Part shown: one piece after another, positions 47,940 to 61,232 of the stretch
Layout: each line of letters starts with the position of its first letter
Numbering within the stretch: position 1 is the first letter of the stretch
NCBI RefSeq assembly: GCF_038025025.1
Contig: NW_027117351.1
Span: forward strand, 434,001-498,000
Source: Phyllosticta citribraziliensis
Lineage: Eukaryota
DNA length: 64,000 nucleotides
Direction: 5' to 3'
The notes under the pieces: model-generated
What the model was told of the DNA's origin: nothing
Database searches by the model: none
What the model saw: the letters and a program-made list of their open reading frames with translations, nothing else
Program-made: the position numbers and the translations under genes

Positions 47940-48756
47940 ATGGCCGACGACCACAGAGGGACGCTCTATTTCTTCCGCGAATTCGAGGAACCATACGGCT
48001 TTCTATCGCAATGGTACGAGCGGCCATTCGTCGTCGAGGGCACACCGTACAAGTGCGCCGAGATGTGGATGATGGCGCAAAAGGCCGCATGCTTTGGCGA
48101 CGAGGTACGTAGCCTCACCCCCCGCCCCTCTCCCGTCTCATCAGTGGAACTGACTTTGTTTTACAGCCCTCCCGCCGGGCCATTCTGCGCGCCCCGACGC
48201 CCCGCAAGCAAAAGAGCCTCGGGCGCAAGGTGGAAAATTTTGACTTCGAGGTATGGGAGCAACGCAAGTACGACGTCGTGGTGCAGGGAAATATGCACAA
48301 GTTTGGCCAGGCGCCGGATTTGGGGAGAAGGCTACTCGAGACGGGCGAGAGGGAGCTTGCTGAGGTGCGTTTGTCTCATCTGCCTTTCTCCGGGGTTTCG
48401 TGATTTCTCCCTGGTGGAGGGGGAATTGGGCCCGGAAGTGTGGCTAACATGGAACTCTACAGGCGTCTCCATTCGATCGCGTCTGGGGAATAGGATATGA
48501 CGCTGCGCACGCAAAGGGCAATCGAGAGTCTTGGGGCGAGAACCTGCTCGGCAAGGCGCTCATGGAGGTGCGGAAGAAACTGCGAGAGGAGGACGAGACT
48601 GCTGCTGCTGCTGCTGCTGCTGCTGATGGCGGCAGCAATCCTTCTCAGTTGGTGGCTAGTCTGCAACGGCATCCGCCGGCCAATTCGACTGCGACCTCAA
48701 GCGCGAGAGAGAGCGAGCCAGACGGAAAGAAGAAGGGCAAGATTGTTGGAGGTTGA
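47940..48756 (+). CDS. NADAR/YbiA (DUF1768) family protein
   Basis: Three exons: YGFLSQWY..PF, AEMWMMAQKAACFGD, QKSLGRKVENFD..VW, GNMHKF, LLETGERELAE|ASPFDRVWGIG, WGENLLGKALMEVR. Confidence 0.9.
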
Positions 48757-48813
48757 GTATTGTTTCTAGAAGATATTTGCCTCAGGGCAGCGTGAAATCA
48801 AGTGGCCTTGCAA

Positions 48814-48992
48814 GGCTCGGTCACAACAGTCGTCGCACACACAACAAGAGTAGGGAATCAGTGTCGTCAATCAGGGAGCATTCATACTGTAACCGATGAC
48901 TGATTGGGAGCGTTCATACCCTGTGCCGATGACTAACAGGGAGCATTCAAGTGTCTGAGTGTTGTTGGATGATTGGACGACTTTCTCAGCCC
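48814..48992. mobile_element. MITE-like element, family B, degenerate copy
   Basis: Left end GGCTCGGTCACAACAGTCGTCGCACAC matches the family B TIR. Three GGGAGCRTTCA units are colinear with the 41669 copy. Right end GGACGACTTTCTCAGCC. Confidence 0.65.
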
Positions 48993-49127
48993 TAGTTCCG
49001 TAAGCGCCTAGGTACCCGCCGCATACCCCTCCCACTCTCACAAAGCCCAAGTCTGTCCATCAACACACATGTTGACCCAAACACCTGCTCGTTGAAAAAT
49101 TCATCAGTATCTCCATGAAACGCGCTC

Positions 49128-50237
49128 ATGGACCAGGCTCTCAAACAAAATAATGATGTCGTTTCGCTCAACGACCTCTCCGCTGATCATGTTGATCCTC
49201 TCAAAAGCACCGTAGAACGCATTCTAGCGACTCCAGTTGCTAGGCAAACCTTCGCACAAATCATTGACGGGCTTCCGCTCTATGAAGAACGCCGAGAATA
49301 TCCTCCACCTGCAACGCATCCCCTTGTTGACGGCAGGCGCGATGTTTGCCCAGAAGCATACCAGGCTCTGGATACTTTCCGCGACAACTTCTCATTCGAC
49401 ATGCTCCATTTTGACACCAAGGTCTGTAAGGGCACAAGGAGCCATTCTCTCCCTCGCCCTCCTACGCAAGTTCTAGACGGAATCTGACTTGCGTCAAGAA
49501 GGCACAAGCGTACCAAAATACTGCAGTGGACAGCGACAATTTCACCAAGCATCTATTGGAGATGACAGCGCTCGCCTTACACAACATCGGGGCGGATCTA
49601 TTTCTTCGAGCAGACGGAGGCTTGCATCAACACAAGCAGGAACCTGGACCCTACTGTCAAAGCGCCTCACTTTTCTATCATGAGCGGTATCAAGAGTGGA
49701 CTCAGTATCCTCAGGGGGCGGCAGATTGTGCTGGATACTGGGCTGAGGTCAAAATTCTTGGTGGCGTTGTAGTCTTTAACCGCGGCGAGTCCAATCTTGA
49801 AGTGAGTAGTGCTCAATCCATTGCATCATTGCAGGCATTGACTAGCCACTCAGTATGGACGGGTGTACCTTCATCCGTTTCCAAGGGCCCTGCTATTTTC
49901 ACTTATGCCCTTTCAACTCGCTGCATTTGTCGACTTTGGAACCAACCCGCAGCGCGAGGGCCATCCGCCACTTCCAATGAAGCCCAAGCTTGGGGCAGAC
50001 AGAGTCGAAAATTTTGACTCACTTGACCGGCACATCTTTCGAGATCAGTATGAACGCCTGCCACGACCACAAGACTACAGATTTTCTTGCTACACGCGCT
50101 CTCTGGATGATGATCTGGAATTTTTGGCAGAGTTGCGGGAAGCGATGAACTCGGGCTTGTTGCCTTCGGCCCCTAAGTCTTCGGATCTCTTTGCTCCACT
50201 TGACGACGAAGACGGCGCGCCGCCCCGTCAGCTATAG
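49128..50237 (+). CDS. Hypothetical fungal protein
   Basis: Three ORF segments with GT/AG boundaries (~49422-49500, ~49802-49853): TFAQIIDGLP, LFYHERY..W.QYP.G.AD.AGYWAE.KILGGVVVFNRG, YLHP. Confidence 0.7.
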
Positions 50238-50356
50238 TGAACAGCAGCTTCGCCTGTGACTGGAGAGTCATCCGAATTACCTGCTTGGATACGATGCCAC
50301 TCTCGGCAAGTGTCAGCTCCAGATCTGCATATATGGTCCGCACGAGTTTTGGTGCG

Positions 50357-50469
50357 ACAGTAGGCGTTGAAAGAAATGAGACCTTCTGGCAAGATGTGTG
50401 CATCTAGGGAGCATTCATTCACTGCCGCAGCCAGATCAAGGGGTTCTTATTCTTTGCGACACCCAATGT
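50357..50469. mobile_element. MITE-like element, family A, short complete copy
   Basis: Ends ACAGTAGGCGTTGAAAGAAAT / ATTCTTTGCGACACCCAATGT. Perfect flanking direct repeat GGTGCG (50351-50356, 50470-50475). One GGGAGCATTCA core. Confidence 0.75.
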
Positions 50470-51064
50470 GGTGCGAATTTCCCCTCTCATCCACGACAGG
50501 AAACCACAAAGACGGCCGAGAACTCAGCCATCAGTTTTCAGCCAATCCTATTAATGGGGTCAGTTTGTCCTGGCAGCAGACACATTCACCAACAAACCAC
50601 AGGATTTGCCTTTTGCCTCTTGACTGATGACACTAGTGCGAAGGACTGGCGCCTTCTACCGCGTATATGAATTCTGCTGTCTGGAGACTCAAGGCATGAT
50701 CTCAGTCCAGAGTGTACCGCAGCAGATGGCGAGCTCCAAGGGCGGACATGACCGACCTCTAAGGGCTCGAGTGTCGGCAGACAAAGAGCTAGCTGAACAT
50801 GAGTGACTGGGTGTAGATAGCAAGGCGTGGACTAATAACGAGGTACGATGACAAAACATCAACACAGCATCCATGCGTAGTGTTAAACAATCAAAGTTGT
50901 GAGTTCATCTATCATATTCTCATTCCCGTGAATCTTTTGGCTGCTATTAAGAGATATGGGCAATTCGCTGCTTGCCATGCGCCTTGCCAATGACGCCAAC
51001 AACATAAGGGCAGAAGAAGAAGTTGAGAGGATTTCCCTTCCGAAGATATGCGCACTGCTTCTAC

Positions 51065-53476
51065 TCAGGCTTGGGCCTGCCACTGAGCGTGTTGATGAGG
51101 TCCTCGAGACCCAGCCAGAACTCGTTCTTGGGACGACGGTTCTTCCAGTCCGTGTCCTCGGCCTCGACCTTGGCCATGGGGGAGAACTTGACCTTGGCGC
51201 CGACGATGCCGATGACGGCTGCGCTCATGGGGTCGTTGGAGATCTCCTCCTGGGACTTGCCTAAATGAGAGGGTTAGCGTTGTGTTCAAAGAAAAGTCTA
51301 CTCAACAATGATGCTTACCTGCAAAGCTTTCAAGATGCTGCATGGTCCTGAAACCAAACCTGGTAGCCCTCATCCTGTCCATGGGTGAGGGCTTACCACC
51401 CTGCTGGAAGTGGCCCGGCACACCATGACGGGACTCGAAACGACCCTTGCCCTCCTCACGGATAATGTCGGCAATGAGCTCGGTGCTGTACGTCTCAGAG
51501 GCCTTTTCGTTGCGGAGGATGATCTTTCCACCGCCGCTGTTGCCCTTGTCCTTGGCGAAGCTCTGGCGGAGGAAGTCAATGTCGTGGGAAAGCATCTTCA
51601 GGTTGATGCCCTTTTCAGGGGTATAGACCGCGAGCGCACCGATGGACACACCGGCAATGGTGGCAATGTAGCCAGACGCGCCACCTTGAGTCTCGACAAC
51701 GAAGACGCGACGACGCGACGCGGACGCGGATTGCCTCATGACGTCACAGTACTGGATCAGAGCGTTCAAGCAAGTGTCGCTGCCAAGAGAGTACTCGGTT
51801 CCCGGGACGTTGTTGGAGACGGTCGCAGGGAGCACAGCCATGGGAATTCTCAGAGCAGCGTAGTAATCCCTGGCCTTTCTGATCTGGCTCACCGCCGTGA
51901 ATGCCTCAAAGCCACCAACGACGAAGAGGGCCTGAATCTTGTACTGATCAAAGATCTTTGCGACGCCCTCGAGACCGCACGCCTCGTCGGCAGGGAGACC
52001 ACGGTTGGTGCCGATTTCTGAACCACCCTTGCTGACCCAGCCCTCGGCTTCAAGCCAGTTGATTTCGTGGACAGCGCCATCAGCGTGGTGTCTGCACAAG
52101 CCAGGGAAACCGTTCATCAGAGCAACAGGGGTATGGCCCCTGGCCAGACAGTACGCTACGGCCGCGCGCGAGGCAGCGTTCATACCACCGGCCGGTGCTC
52201 CGACGTGGATAATACCGACACGCAAGCGCTGTTTTGTCGTCAGCCCACATTCCATTCAATTTGGGAATATTCCTACCTTGTTCTCTGGCGCAAGAGTGTG
52301 AGGAAGCTTGGCGGAGGTCGTGGTTTGGTAAGCATTGTAGTACTCGGCGAACTCGTGATCACGCAGGCCCATGGCCTTTTCAAAGTCTTTGACCTTGATG
52401 GCTTCGGCCACGGATTGGGTCTGCCTGACGGCCTCCATCAGGGGGCGACGACAGATCTTGTTCTCGACGATGCAAATGACAGGGCTTTCGGTCTCCGGGG
52501 TAGCCTCCAAGACGGCGTTAACGGCCTCAGCACCCTGTTGTGTGGCAAGCATACGGTCGTAAGCGCAGGCCTCTCCACCTCTCTGGACGTGTCCGAGAGT
52601 GGTGATTCTCGTGTCAAGCTTGAGCTTGTTGGCCAGCAGATCCTTGACGATTGTGGGGGTGATGGGCTTCAGGTTGCTGTCGTGGGCACCTTCGGCGACG
52701 ATGACCATGGTCTTTCTCTTGCCCTCGTCACGGTGCTTGGTGACAATCTTGGACATTTCCTCCTCCCAGTTCTCTCCAGGCGGCTTCTCCGGGATGAAGA
52801 CAAAGTCGGCGCCGCTGGCAACACCAGCCATGAGGGCCAGCCAGCCGCAGTGTCTGCCCATGACTTCAATGACAAAGGCTCTCTGGTGGGAGGTTGCAGT
52901 CGAGTCGAGCTTGTCAATGGCTTCGCAAATGACGCCGAGCGAGGTGTAGGCGCCAATGGTGGCATCGGTGCCAGCCAGGTCGTTGTCGATGGAGCCGACG
53001 AGACCGACAATGTTGAGGTGTCTAAAGGGCTTGACCTGGGCTTCGGTGAGCTCCTTCTTCTCGACGAGCTCGTCCATCAAGCTGGGCCATTCGGATCGGA
53101 AGAGGTCGGCGCCAGTGAGACTGCCGTCACCACCGCAGATGACGAGGGCGTCAATTCCCTTGAGAATCATGTTCTTGGCGGCCTGCAGACGGCCGGGCCT
53201 CTCGCGGAAGGCAGCGCAGCGAGCAGTACCGATCAGAGTACCGCCCTCTGAGAGCCAGCCGCGGACATCCTCCCACTTCATAGCTCTTATCATGTCGCCG
53301 CCCTGGACCAGACCTTCGTAACCTTCGTAAATGGCGTATGGCTCGCAGCCCTTGGCGAGAGCCATGCGGACGACAGCTCGGACGGCGCCGTTCATACCAG
53401 GGGCATCACCACCAGAGGTCATGACACCAATGCGGCGCTGCTTGCCCTCGAGGGGCGGGGGAGGCTCGACGGGCAT
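51065..53476 (-). CDS. pfkA: ATP-dependent 6-phosphofructokinase (eukaryotic tandem type)
   Basis: [42 protein letters not shown]; second half [29 protein letters not shown]. Introns ~52229-52276 and ~51262-51318. Confidence 0.97.
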
Positions 53477-55084
53477 GTTGGAGGTGGTGGATTGAGAATG
53501 GCAAAGGGTCGTAGGGGTATCTAGAGGATGGGAGAGAGAAGAAGAATTGGGGCAAAGAGGCACAGGAGCGGGAGGTAGCTGAAGAGGTGAAGAGAGAGGA
53601 GCTTCGTGTCGCGGGAGGGCGCTGAAGTCACTGGGGTGCTGCACTGTTTTCTGTCCTGCTGCTGCCCCACGTTCAACGTCATAAATGACGGCCCGACAGG
53701 GTTCAACGCTGACTCAACACAACGTTTTACACCCACTGCATTCCCTCCGCCTGCCTGCTCGGCTTCAATTGCTCGACGCCTCTCCATTCGCAATTTTTCT
53801 TTCGTCCATCCAGTCCACTTCGCCATCAAGCGGGCTCCTCCAGAGCTTTTCACCGTCCGTCCCTGACCGTTGAGCCGACTTGAAACGGCGCGCCTAGCGA
53901 AGAAAGCGTACCAGACCACCACAACCAAGTGGAATCCATCCATCGTAATGAAACACCATCTTTGGCTGCACGACACATGTCTCGCGCCTTCTCGTGATGA
54001 GCTGACCTAAGTCTTTGCTGTGGCCGTTGCCGGCAGCAACAGCGCACCACCTCACGCCGAGACTCCACAGCTCATCTCGATGCCCTCCGTCGTCCGTTTT
54101 GTAACGACGTGCAGCTCGTCTTGGACCGTCGACTTGGCGTCGTATGAGCAAGCCGAAGCTGCCGCCAATGCCTAGGGTGCTACATGGCTGATTTGATCGC
54201 AGACTCTCACTAGTTGTGTCGCTTCGGGCTGGGCTCAATCATCGTTGACGCAGAAACTTCCATCGGACTCCGACAACCTCCCGCCTGCCTCTGTGTCTCC
54301 GATGCCATCCGGTCCAGTCTCCAGCTCCCCGGACTACATCACCTGACATCATGAACTGACCTTTCCTTGCGCCTGCAATATCAGCCTGTCAGTCTGCTGT
54401 GCGACCTGTTGTGCAGGAGGCTTTGCTCATCACCCGTTGTTCAACGCCCAAGTCTCGTTACGGACCTGCAGCCCCGCCGATTCTCCGATGACATTTTGCC
54501 AAGTTTGATAGGCTCTCTGGAGCTTGCCGCTCATCTTTGCCTTGCCCAGCAGCTGGATCGGCACGTTGCCTGCATTAGAGGTGCAGCTGCGACTTTGTTG
54601 ACCTCTCTGGCCTCTGCATTTTCCCCCGTGCTCCACCACGCCCAAGCTATCGGTCAATTGCTGCCGCATGCAGTCAAGCCCTTGGGCGACCTCCATCCTT
54701 TGCGGAGCGGAAAGAAAAATTTCCCGTGGCCCTCGACGACCTCCGATAGCGCAGTAGCAGTCCAGGCTGTGCGAAGCCAGCTGTTGTCCTAGTGCCGCTG
54801 GTGTTCAATCGATACCGTTCTCAACAGTCGTCTGGCGGAATGCCATTCACAATAGGCACAAACCAGATTGTCGACAAAGCCATGGAAATACATGCATTCC
54901 TCGCGGAACAAGGGATTGTGCATCGACGGTTTTGAACAACTCCTGGTATATTGAAAAGAGCAACGACTAAGCACCATCACCGGCTCCTGTGAGATGGGAA
55001 GAAAAAAACAATATGCAACCAAACGCCTTCCCTCCTATTCCTCCCCACCCCCCTTCTTCGCTATGATCCCATCCCATCTCTCCA

Positions 55085-58000
55085 TCAAAATCCACCCAAC
55101 CGCGGCCCAAACGCCTCCCCCGACTGCAGCGGCTTCAACACGCACGGGCTCCTTGGATCCTCGCAGCCCTCGCGCGAGATGCGATTGCCCCACCACGAAG
55201 CAGGCAGCGCGACGCCAGGGTACTGGAGGGTGAAGAAGATGACGATGGCGGAGATGGCGACGCCGGCGCTGAGCGCGGCCGACGTGACGTAGTTGTACTG
55301 TACACGGTGATGAGTATATGAGTGGCGCAGGGAAGAGGATGAGGTGGGTTGGGGGGAGTCGACGCACTTTGCTCCAGAAGCCTAGGAATCGCGTTTTGAG
55401 GTACACCATAGATAGCCAGGCGATGGGGACGTGTGGCCAGTAGTAGCTCAGATTGTACTGCGGACGCGGAGTCAGTATGTCACTTTTCCCCATCTCCTAA
55501 CCAATCGTCCACTGCTTTTTTGTTTCGCACTCTCATCCCGGCTGCCATTCGTGGGTTGGAAAGATCAGACTCACCGGCGCCCACCTCGACGCGCCATGCA
55601 AAAGCACCACGACATTGACGTAGCGCAGCCACTTGCGGGCAGGGTATCTGCGCTGGACGAAGTGCACGACTGTATTGGTCAGTACAACTCCTTGTGGAAT
55701 GATACCTGCTTGTCTGCAGACAAAACTTCAAGCCGAGACCGCAAAGACCGGACGGAACTGACCAAAAGGCAAAACGAAGCCGATCGGAAAAGCAATCAGC
55801 AAAATCCGATACTGCCCGTCTTTGCCAAACAGCTTGCGGGGCCCAATCGTGCCCCAAATGACGGTTGCTTTTCGCTATCAGCATGGGCTTCTGTGTCTGC
55901 CGGGTAGCTGGTGGGGAGGAAAAGGGGGTCAAGCGTACCCGTGAAAAACGTGTTGATATTCGGACAGGTAAAGCCGCTTTTCTGGTCCCTACAAACCACC
56001 AAACGCATCGATCAGCCCTCCATTCACATCCCTCTTCCCGCCCTCACTTTCTGGGCATGTATGCATGGAACGCACTCTCGACACACATCCGGGATGCCGC
56101 GCATCTGGAAATTCATGACGGCCGTACAGACAAACGTCGACGCGACGCAGGCGACGAGCTGCGCCACGAAGACTGGCCTCGGCGGCAGCTTGACGTAGTG
56201 TGCTAGCTTGAGCGAGTGCGAGAAGCGCAGCGCGTGGGAGCAGGTGATGCAGCTGTCCGGGGGACCGTGTCAGCATAGGAGGAAGACGGACCGGGGCGTA
56301 AGTTGTTCAGAGAACGAGGTTTGGTTGACTGACCCGAAGCCTTTGAAGTAGTTAACGGCTAGCGCGTTGCCGCTAACAATCAAGCCGCCGATGAATTCGG
56401 CGAGGACGCTGCGGCGAACGATGTGTTAGTTGGATGGTGCTGGTGATGGCGGTATGAAGTCTGAGGAAGAGGGCTCACAAGAGCGACACTTGCATGCCTG
56501 TCACGGCCTGTATGATGCCAATCGGAATGACGAACACAAGGCACAAGGCCATGCCGTAGAAGATGACGGCCGGCGAAGTCTATCCGCGCAGTCAGTCAGA
56601 AGCGTACAGCGCAGTTGAATGGGTGCACAGTGGATGTCAGAAGGAAATGGCAGTCCTGGACGCAGCTGTGATGGCAAAACAACAGCTTCTCAACACCATC
56701 CGCGGCTGTGGATGAATGCTCCCTGAATGCTGCCACGATCCAGGGATTCACTTCTTTTGATGTCCAATACAGGCGCAACACTTACGTAGGTGGGCCATCC
56801 GGTAATGCCAGCGACGGCACAAGCAATGGCGAAGAAGAGGACGGCCACATACCACCGAATCGGCACTGAAGACAGCGTCAGTTCAAGATGTCAAGCACTG
56901 AGATGGGAATTGGCGAATCTGACCCTCCGGATACGCCGCCATCAAGCGGTTATGCACGTCCTTGTAAAGCACCTCGGACTTGCGCAAGCGCAAACCACGC
57001 AGCCCCTGCCAAATCTCATGGCGATGGTACAAGAACGCATACGAAATAGTTGCAGCGTATAGCGCAAAGTACATCATGTAATTGACCAGGTAGCTGGCGC
57101 CGAGGTAGGTGGGCGAGTACGCCTCAAACTTTGCGCGGTCGAACATGCCGCGGGCGTCGATGGCGCGCGAGACGTTGTAGTGGCGGCCGAAGCGGTCGAA
57201 GACGCGCTGCGAGTTGATGGGCAGGTGCGCCGTGTGGAACGCGTTGGTGTACCACAGCGCCAGCACGCCGAAGCTTGACATGAACATGCCGAGGAAGCCG
57301 TTGATGCTGTTGAAGAAGGGCACCACGAGCGGCGACGTGTAGTGGAAGGACAGGATGTTCCAGTCGAAGGTCGGCAGCGGGTTGAAGCCCAGCCCGTTGC
57401 GCATGCCCGTGATGGCGTTCAGGTGTACCGAGTTGGGCGCGATCCAGGTTGGCCAGTTGAAGAAGCTGAGCGCTTGGATGAGGTAGTTGGGGAACCAGAA
57501 GTAGCTACATGCCGGTATCAGAGAGCTTTCTAGTGAAAGGGGGCCCTAGACACGTACATGAACATGCCAACAAATACCACGGTAAACCATCTCAGCCGTG
57601 AAGCAGTATAGATACGCTTCTTAGGCCCGATCACTGCCGGATTTCCACCTGAAAACATAGTTAGTTGCTCGTTTCTCTTTGAGAGTAAGGACAGGAGTAT
57701 TGTCAAACCACTGTGAAAAGACTCATTCAGAGCTATCGCCACCAACGACGTGGGCCAGACGCAGTACGTCGGATAGACCAGGAAACGCCTGAGGAAGCCG
57801 GCAATGCCGTAGCCCATGAAGTTTGTCCCGAGCGCGACCAAAACCTGGTACCCGAACTGCCCCGCGTATCCCTGATTGAAGTACTGCGGGAGATATTGAG
57901 AAAAGACTGGACAAAATCGGTTCAGCTCGCCAAGTTCAACACGAAAGATAGATAACACTTACTGATAAATGTAGTGAAGGGAATATCGAGCGCATTTGAA

Positions 58001-59306
58001 GCCATGATGGCTATGAGCATGTGCTCCTTTTTGTTGAACGGGCCCGGATTAAGGCTGACATGGTGGCCCAGGACGCTGAATTTCCAAAGCGGAAGATATT
58101 TCGCGGCTGCCTTTCCCATTGGCCCTAGAAGATTGTCTTAGCCCAAGTAGAGTTGCGCTGTCTTGATTTTCATGGCGCTCACAAGCCAGTAACTGCGCGA
58201 CATTTGCTTCAATTGCAATCGACGGCTGCCGGATATCAAAGAGCGAGTTAATAGCGGCGCCAACAATGACGAGGAACAGTCCGATCACCCACGCACGAAC
58301 GGTAGACTGTGTAATCTTGTCAGAGCATTTCGACAAGGCGCGTGTTGACTACTCACACACGGAATTGTCGGGTCGTCCGTATTGCTCACAACTGCTCTGA
58401 CCTCAGCATACGGGCTATCATTCGTGATCAACGCCGCCTCGATTTTCATCTCGTGAATGAAAACGAAGTGGTTCTGCGGACACGCAAACACGTCGTCGTT
58501 GGAAAGAAAGTCGCGGACTTTGTCCAGAACGTCGTCAGGGAAGTTGGGGTCCATCTCGTGCATGCGGAGCACGTTTTCTAAAATCTGTGATAACGGCACA
58601 TGAGGACAGGTTGTGGCGAAGTGGAGGAAGCATTACGTCTTTTGTTTCTTCAAGCGTCAGGTTGCTTGCGAATTCTTCGGCGATGGTGAGCGTGTCGTCT
58701 GTCACTCCGAGGTCTCTGTCTCCGCAAAAGGTTTCAGCATCCGCCGCGGTGGAAGCGCAGTAGGCGTCGAAAGAAATGAGACGTTGTTCGCTGCCATGGT
58801 TGCGTCTAGGGGCAGTCATCTGCAATTACAGCGACACCCAAGGAGCAGTCATCTGCTGTGACAGTAACACCTAAGGAGTAGTCGCCGTCCATCGCAAATG
58901 CGCACAGGGAGCTGCGGTTTGTTGCTGCAGCTAGACCTGGAGAGTCTCATTTCTTTCGACACCACTGTGGAAGGCTGGAGATTTAGGGGTCTTTGACACG
59001 TACGACTCGATCTTTTCAGGTGGTACCGTCTCGCTCTGTCCATTCTGCAGCCAGAAAATTCAGCCTCTCATCTCGAAAACCCCTGAGAGTACGAAAGAAC
59101 CTGGGGCGAAGATCTTTCAGGGTTTCCCCCCGCCATTCCCTACATACCTGTGAAATCTTCTCCTCGGATACCGACGCATCCACACTTTCTGGCTTGGTCC
59201 TCGTCGACGCGGTACGTAGTATGGGATCCAAATCGTCGACAGAAGAAAAAGACGGCCCGCTGGCCGAAGACGGCCGCGCCGTTCCCTCAGCCATGGCTTG
59301 CGTCAT
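55085..59306 (-). CDS. OPT family oligopeptide transporter, many introns
   Basis: DSPYAEVRAVVSNTDDP, TVRAWVIG, LNPGPFNKKEHMLI, GLGFNPLPTFDWN, DVHNRLMAAYPE, KLAHYVKLPPR, WGTIGPRKLFG, YNYVTSAALSAG, WWGN. The start (MTQAMAEG) is uncertain. Confidence 0.88.
56627..56770. mobile_element. MITE family A copy inside an OPT intron
   Basis: Ends ACAGTGGATGTCAGAAGGAAAT / ACTTCTTTTGATGTCCAATAC, core TGAATGCTCCCT, flanks GGGTGC / AGGCGC. Confidence 0.6.
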
Positions 59307-61232
59307 GGAGGAGCACAGTGAAATATCTTTCACGACCACGGCTGATTCTCATGGAAAGACCTCCAGGAATTGAACAAAGGCCAAAGAGAGAATAATTGGT
59401 ATTTGTGACGAAAGGTCAGGATGCCCCTTCATCTTTTAACGCACGCCGTCGATGTATTCGCTATGCTCAAGCTTGGCATGGCAGACTAGAAGTGGGATGG
59501 TGGTCTGAGGGTCTGAGCCAGCGGCTGCAGTAGTCTTGACAGTGACAGGCGCCGGGAGCAGAAGGGACCGGCTGGGCTGTATGGCAGGAAATGCGCGTCG
59601 CATGTGCAAACATGCCACCAACAAGGGCCGCGAGTTGTCTTCTTCTGGGATAGTGGTCGCCAACAAGGGCGACCCTTCGCGCGGATATTTCTCGTTTAGT
59701 AGGTCTAGCTCAGACGACCAGCGCTGGCAGAGCGCTGTCTTGCCGAGTGGGCAGCTGGAAATCGCTTGATCGAGACGTTGAAGCCAACTGCTGCTCTTTC
59801 ATGACCTGCTTTGCTCTGCTCTGCACTGCATCACACGCACCTACGTGCGTCGGGAAGAACGGCAAGAACTGCAGGAAACGCGCTAGCAAATTGGAATCGT
59901 CTTGGTGAATGGCATGTCTCGGTCTCGGTCTCGGCAGCTCACAGCTGTAGCTCCACTGCGAGGTAACGGCACTAGATGTGAGAAAAGTTAGGTGGGTTGG
60001 CTAAACGACGAGGATGGGAATGAGCTGCAGTAAGTGAAGGAGGGTAGCTGGCAAACAGACTGATTCATTAACCGGACCGCTGTCTTTCTTTCGCGCGTGC
60101 AATTTCGAGCGACTACAGAGTTCTGTTTCGAGGATCCTGCGCATGTCCTCAAGACATGACAATGGCGCAACAGGAAGCAGACCAAGAGCACGCCGCAGGC
60201 CACAAGCCAAGTGACTGCAAAAGCCACCCTAATGAACCCCTCGTACAGCCAGACTGCAGGAAATGATGGATGCGGGGTAGAAACAAACGCTGGCAGCAGG
60301 TCTTGTAACGGTTGATCAACGCACCTTTCTATTCACCTTACCGCTACGCTCCCTCATCCTTCCCGCGCAAGCGTCGTTCCATGCCAACCACATTAGGAAT
60401 CTGCCAACGTCGCGACGGCAGAAGCGAGCGGCATTCTTGGTGCGAACCCAATGCTTGCGCCTCAACACCAAGGTTTGCAGACCGGTTATGTGATGGAAGT
60501 TCGCTCAGCCACACTCGGCGACTGGCTGCTGCGCCTGATCAGCGTTGTGGGGCGCAATGGCTTGTCTTATTGACTCGGACGGAGTAAGGAGTGGACTCAC
60601 CGCATCATGTCGTTAGCGGCGGATATTGACGGATTGTGGCTGTGTGGGTGTATTTCCGGAATTTGGTTGGTTGTTGTGGGAGTGACGGGAAAAAGGCTGA
60701 AGCCGCGGTTGTTGTGTTGTGTGGGAGAGGACGCGCGCAAAGACGCGTCAAAACTACCTTGCTCAGGTACCGTGCCAGTCACCGTTGAAATCACCTGCAA
60801 CTGAAGCCAGCGGAGCACAGGCCTTCCTGTGTATCATCCATCAGGGGTTTCTCAAGAAGGACAAGGAAACCCACGGGGAGAGTGGAACACTGTTGACGAG
60901 TGAGCGGAGTTTTTGCCTGCGCATTGTGTCGCTCCTTTTCTGGGATTGATGAAGAAGTCAGTTGCGAGCAACGCCGGCGACCTGATTCTTCTGGCCTTGA
61001 AAGCGGTACTTGGAGATGCTCTCTACCTCGAGCCTCATTTGCAACCTTCGCACAACATCACCATCCACCCACTGTGCCCCTCGACGCAGCCTCCACTCCT
61101 CGACCCATCTCCATCCCATCCCGCCTTCACGTCTAGACCTTGGAATGGACGAACCGCTAGCGACGTGTTTCCTAGGCGTATTGAAGCGAAGACATATACT
61201 CCGTCGCTGCCACCGCCAGCTCGTCTCTTGCT

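Noticed and set aside
55085..59306. OPT gene as a pseudogene because its ORFs are fragmented
   Set aside because: The breaks I checked coincide with canonical splice signals and the conserved motifs are intact.
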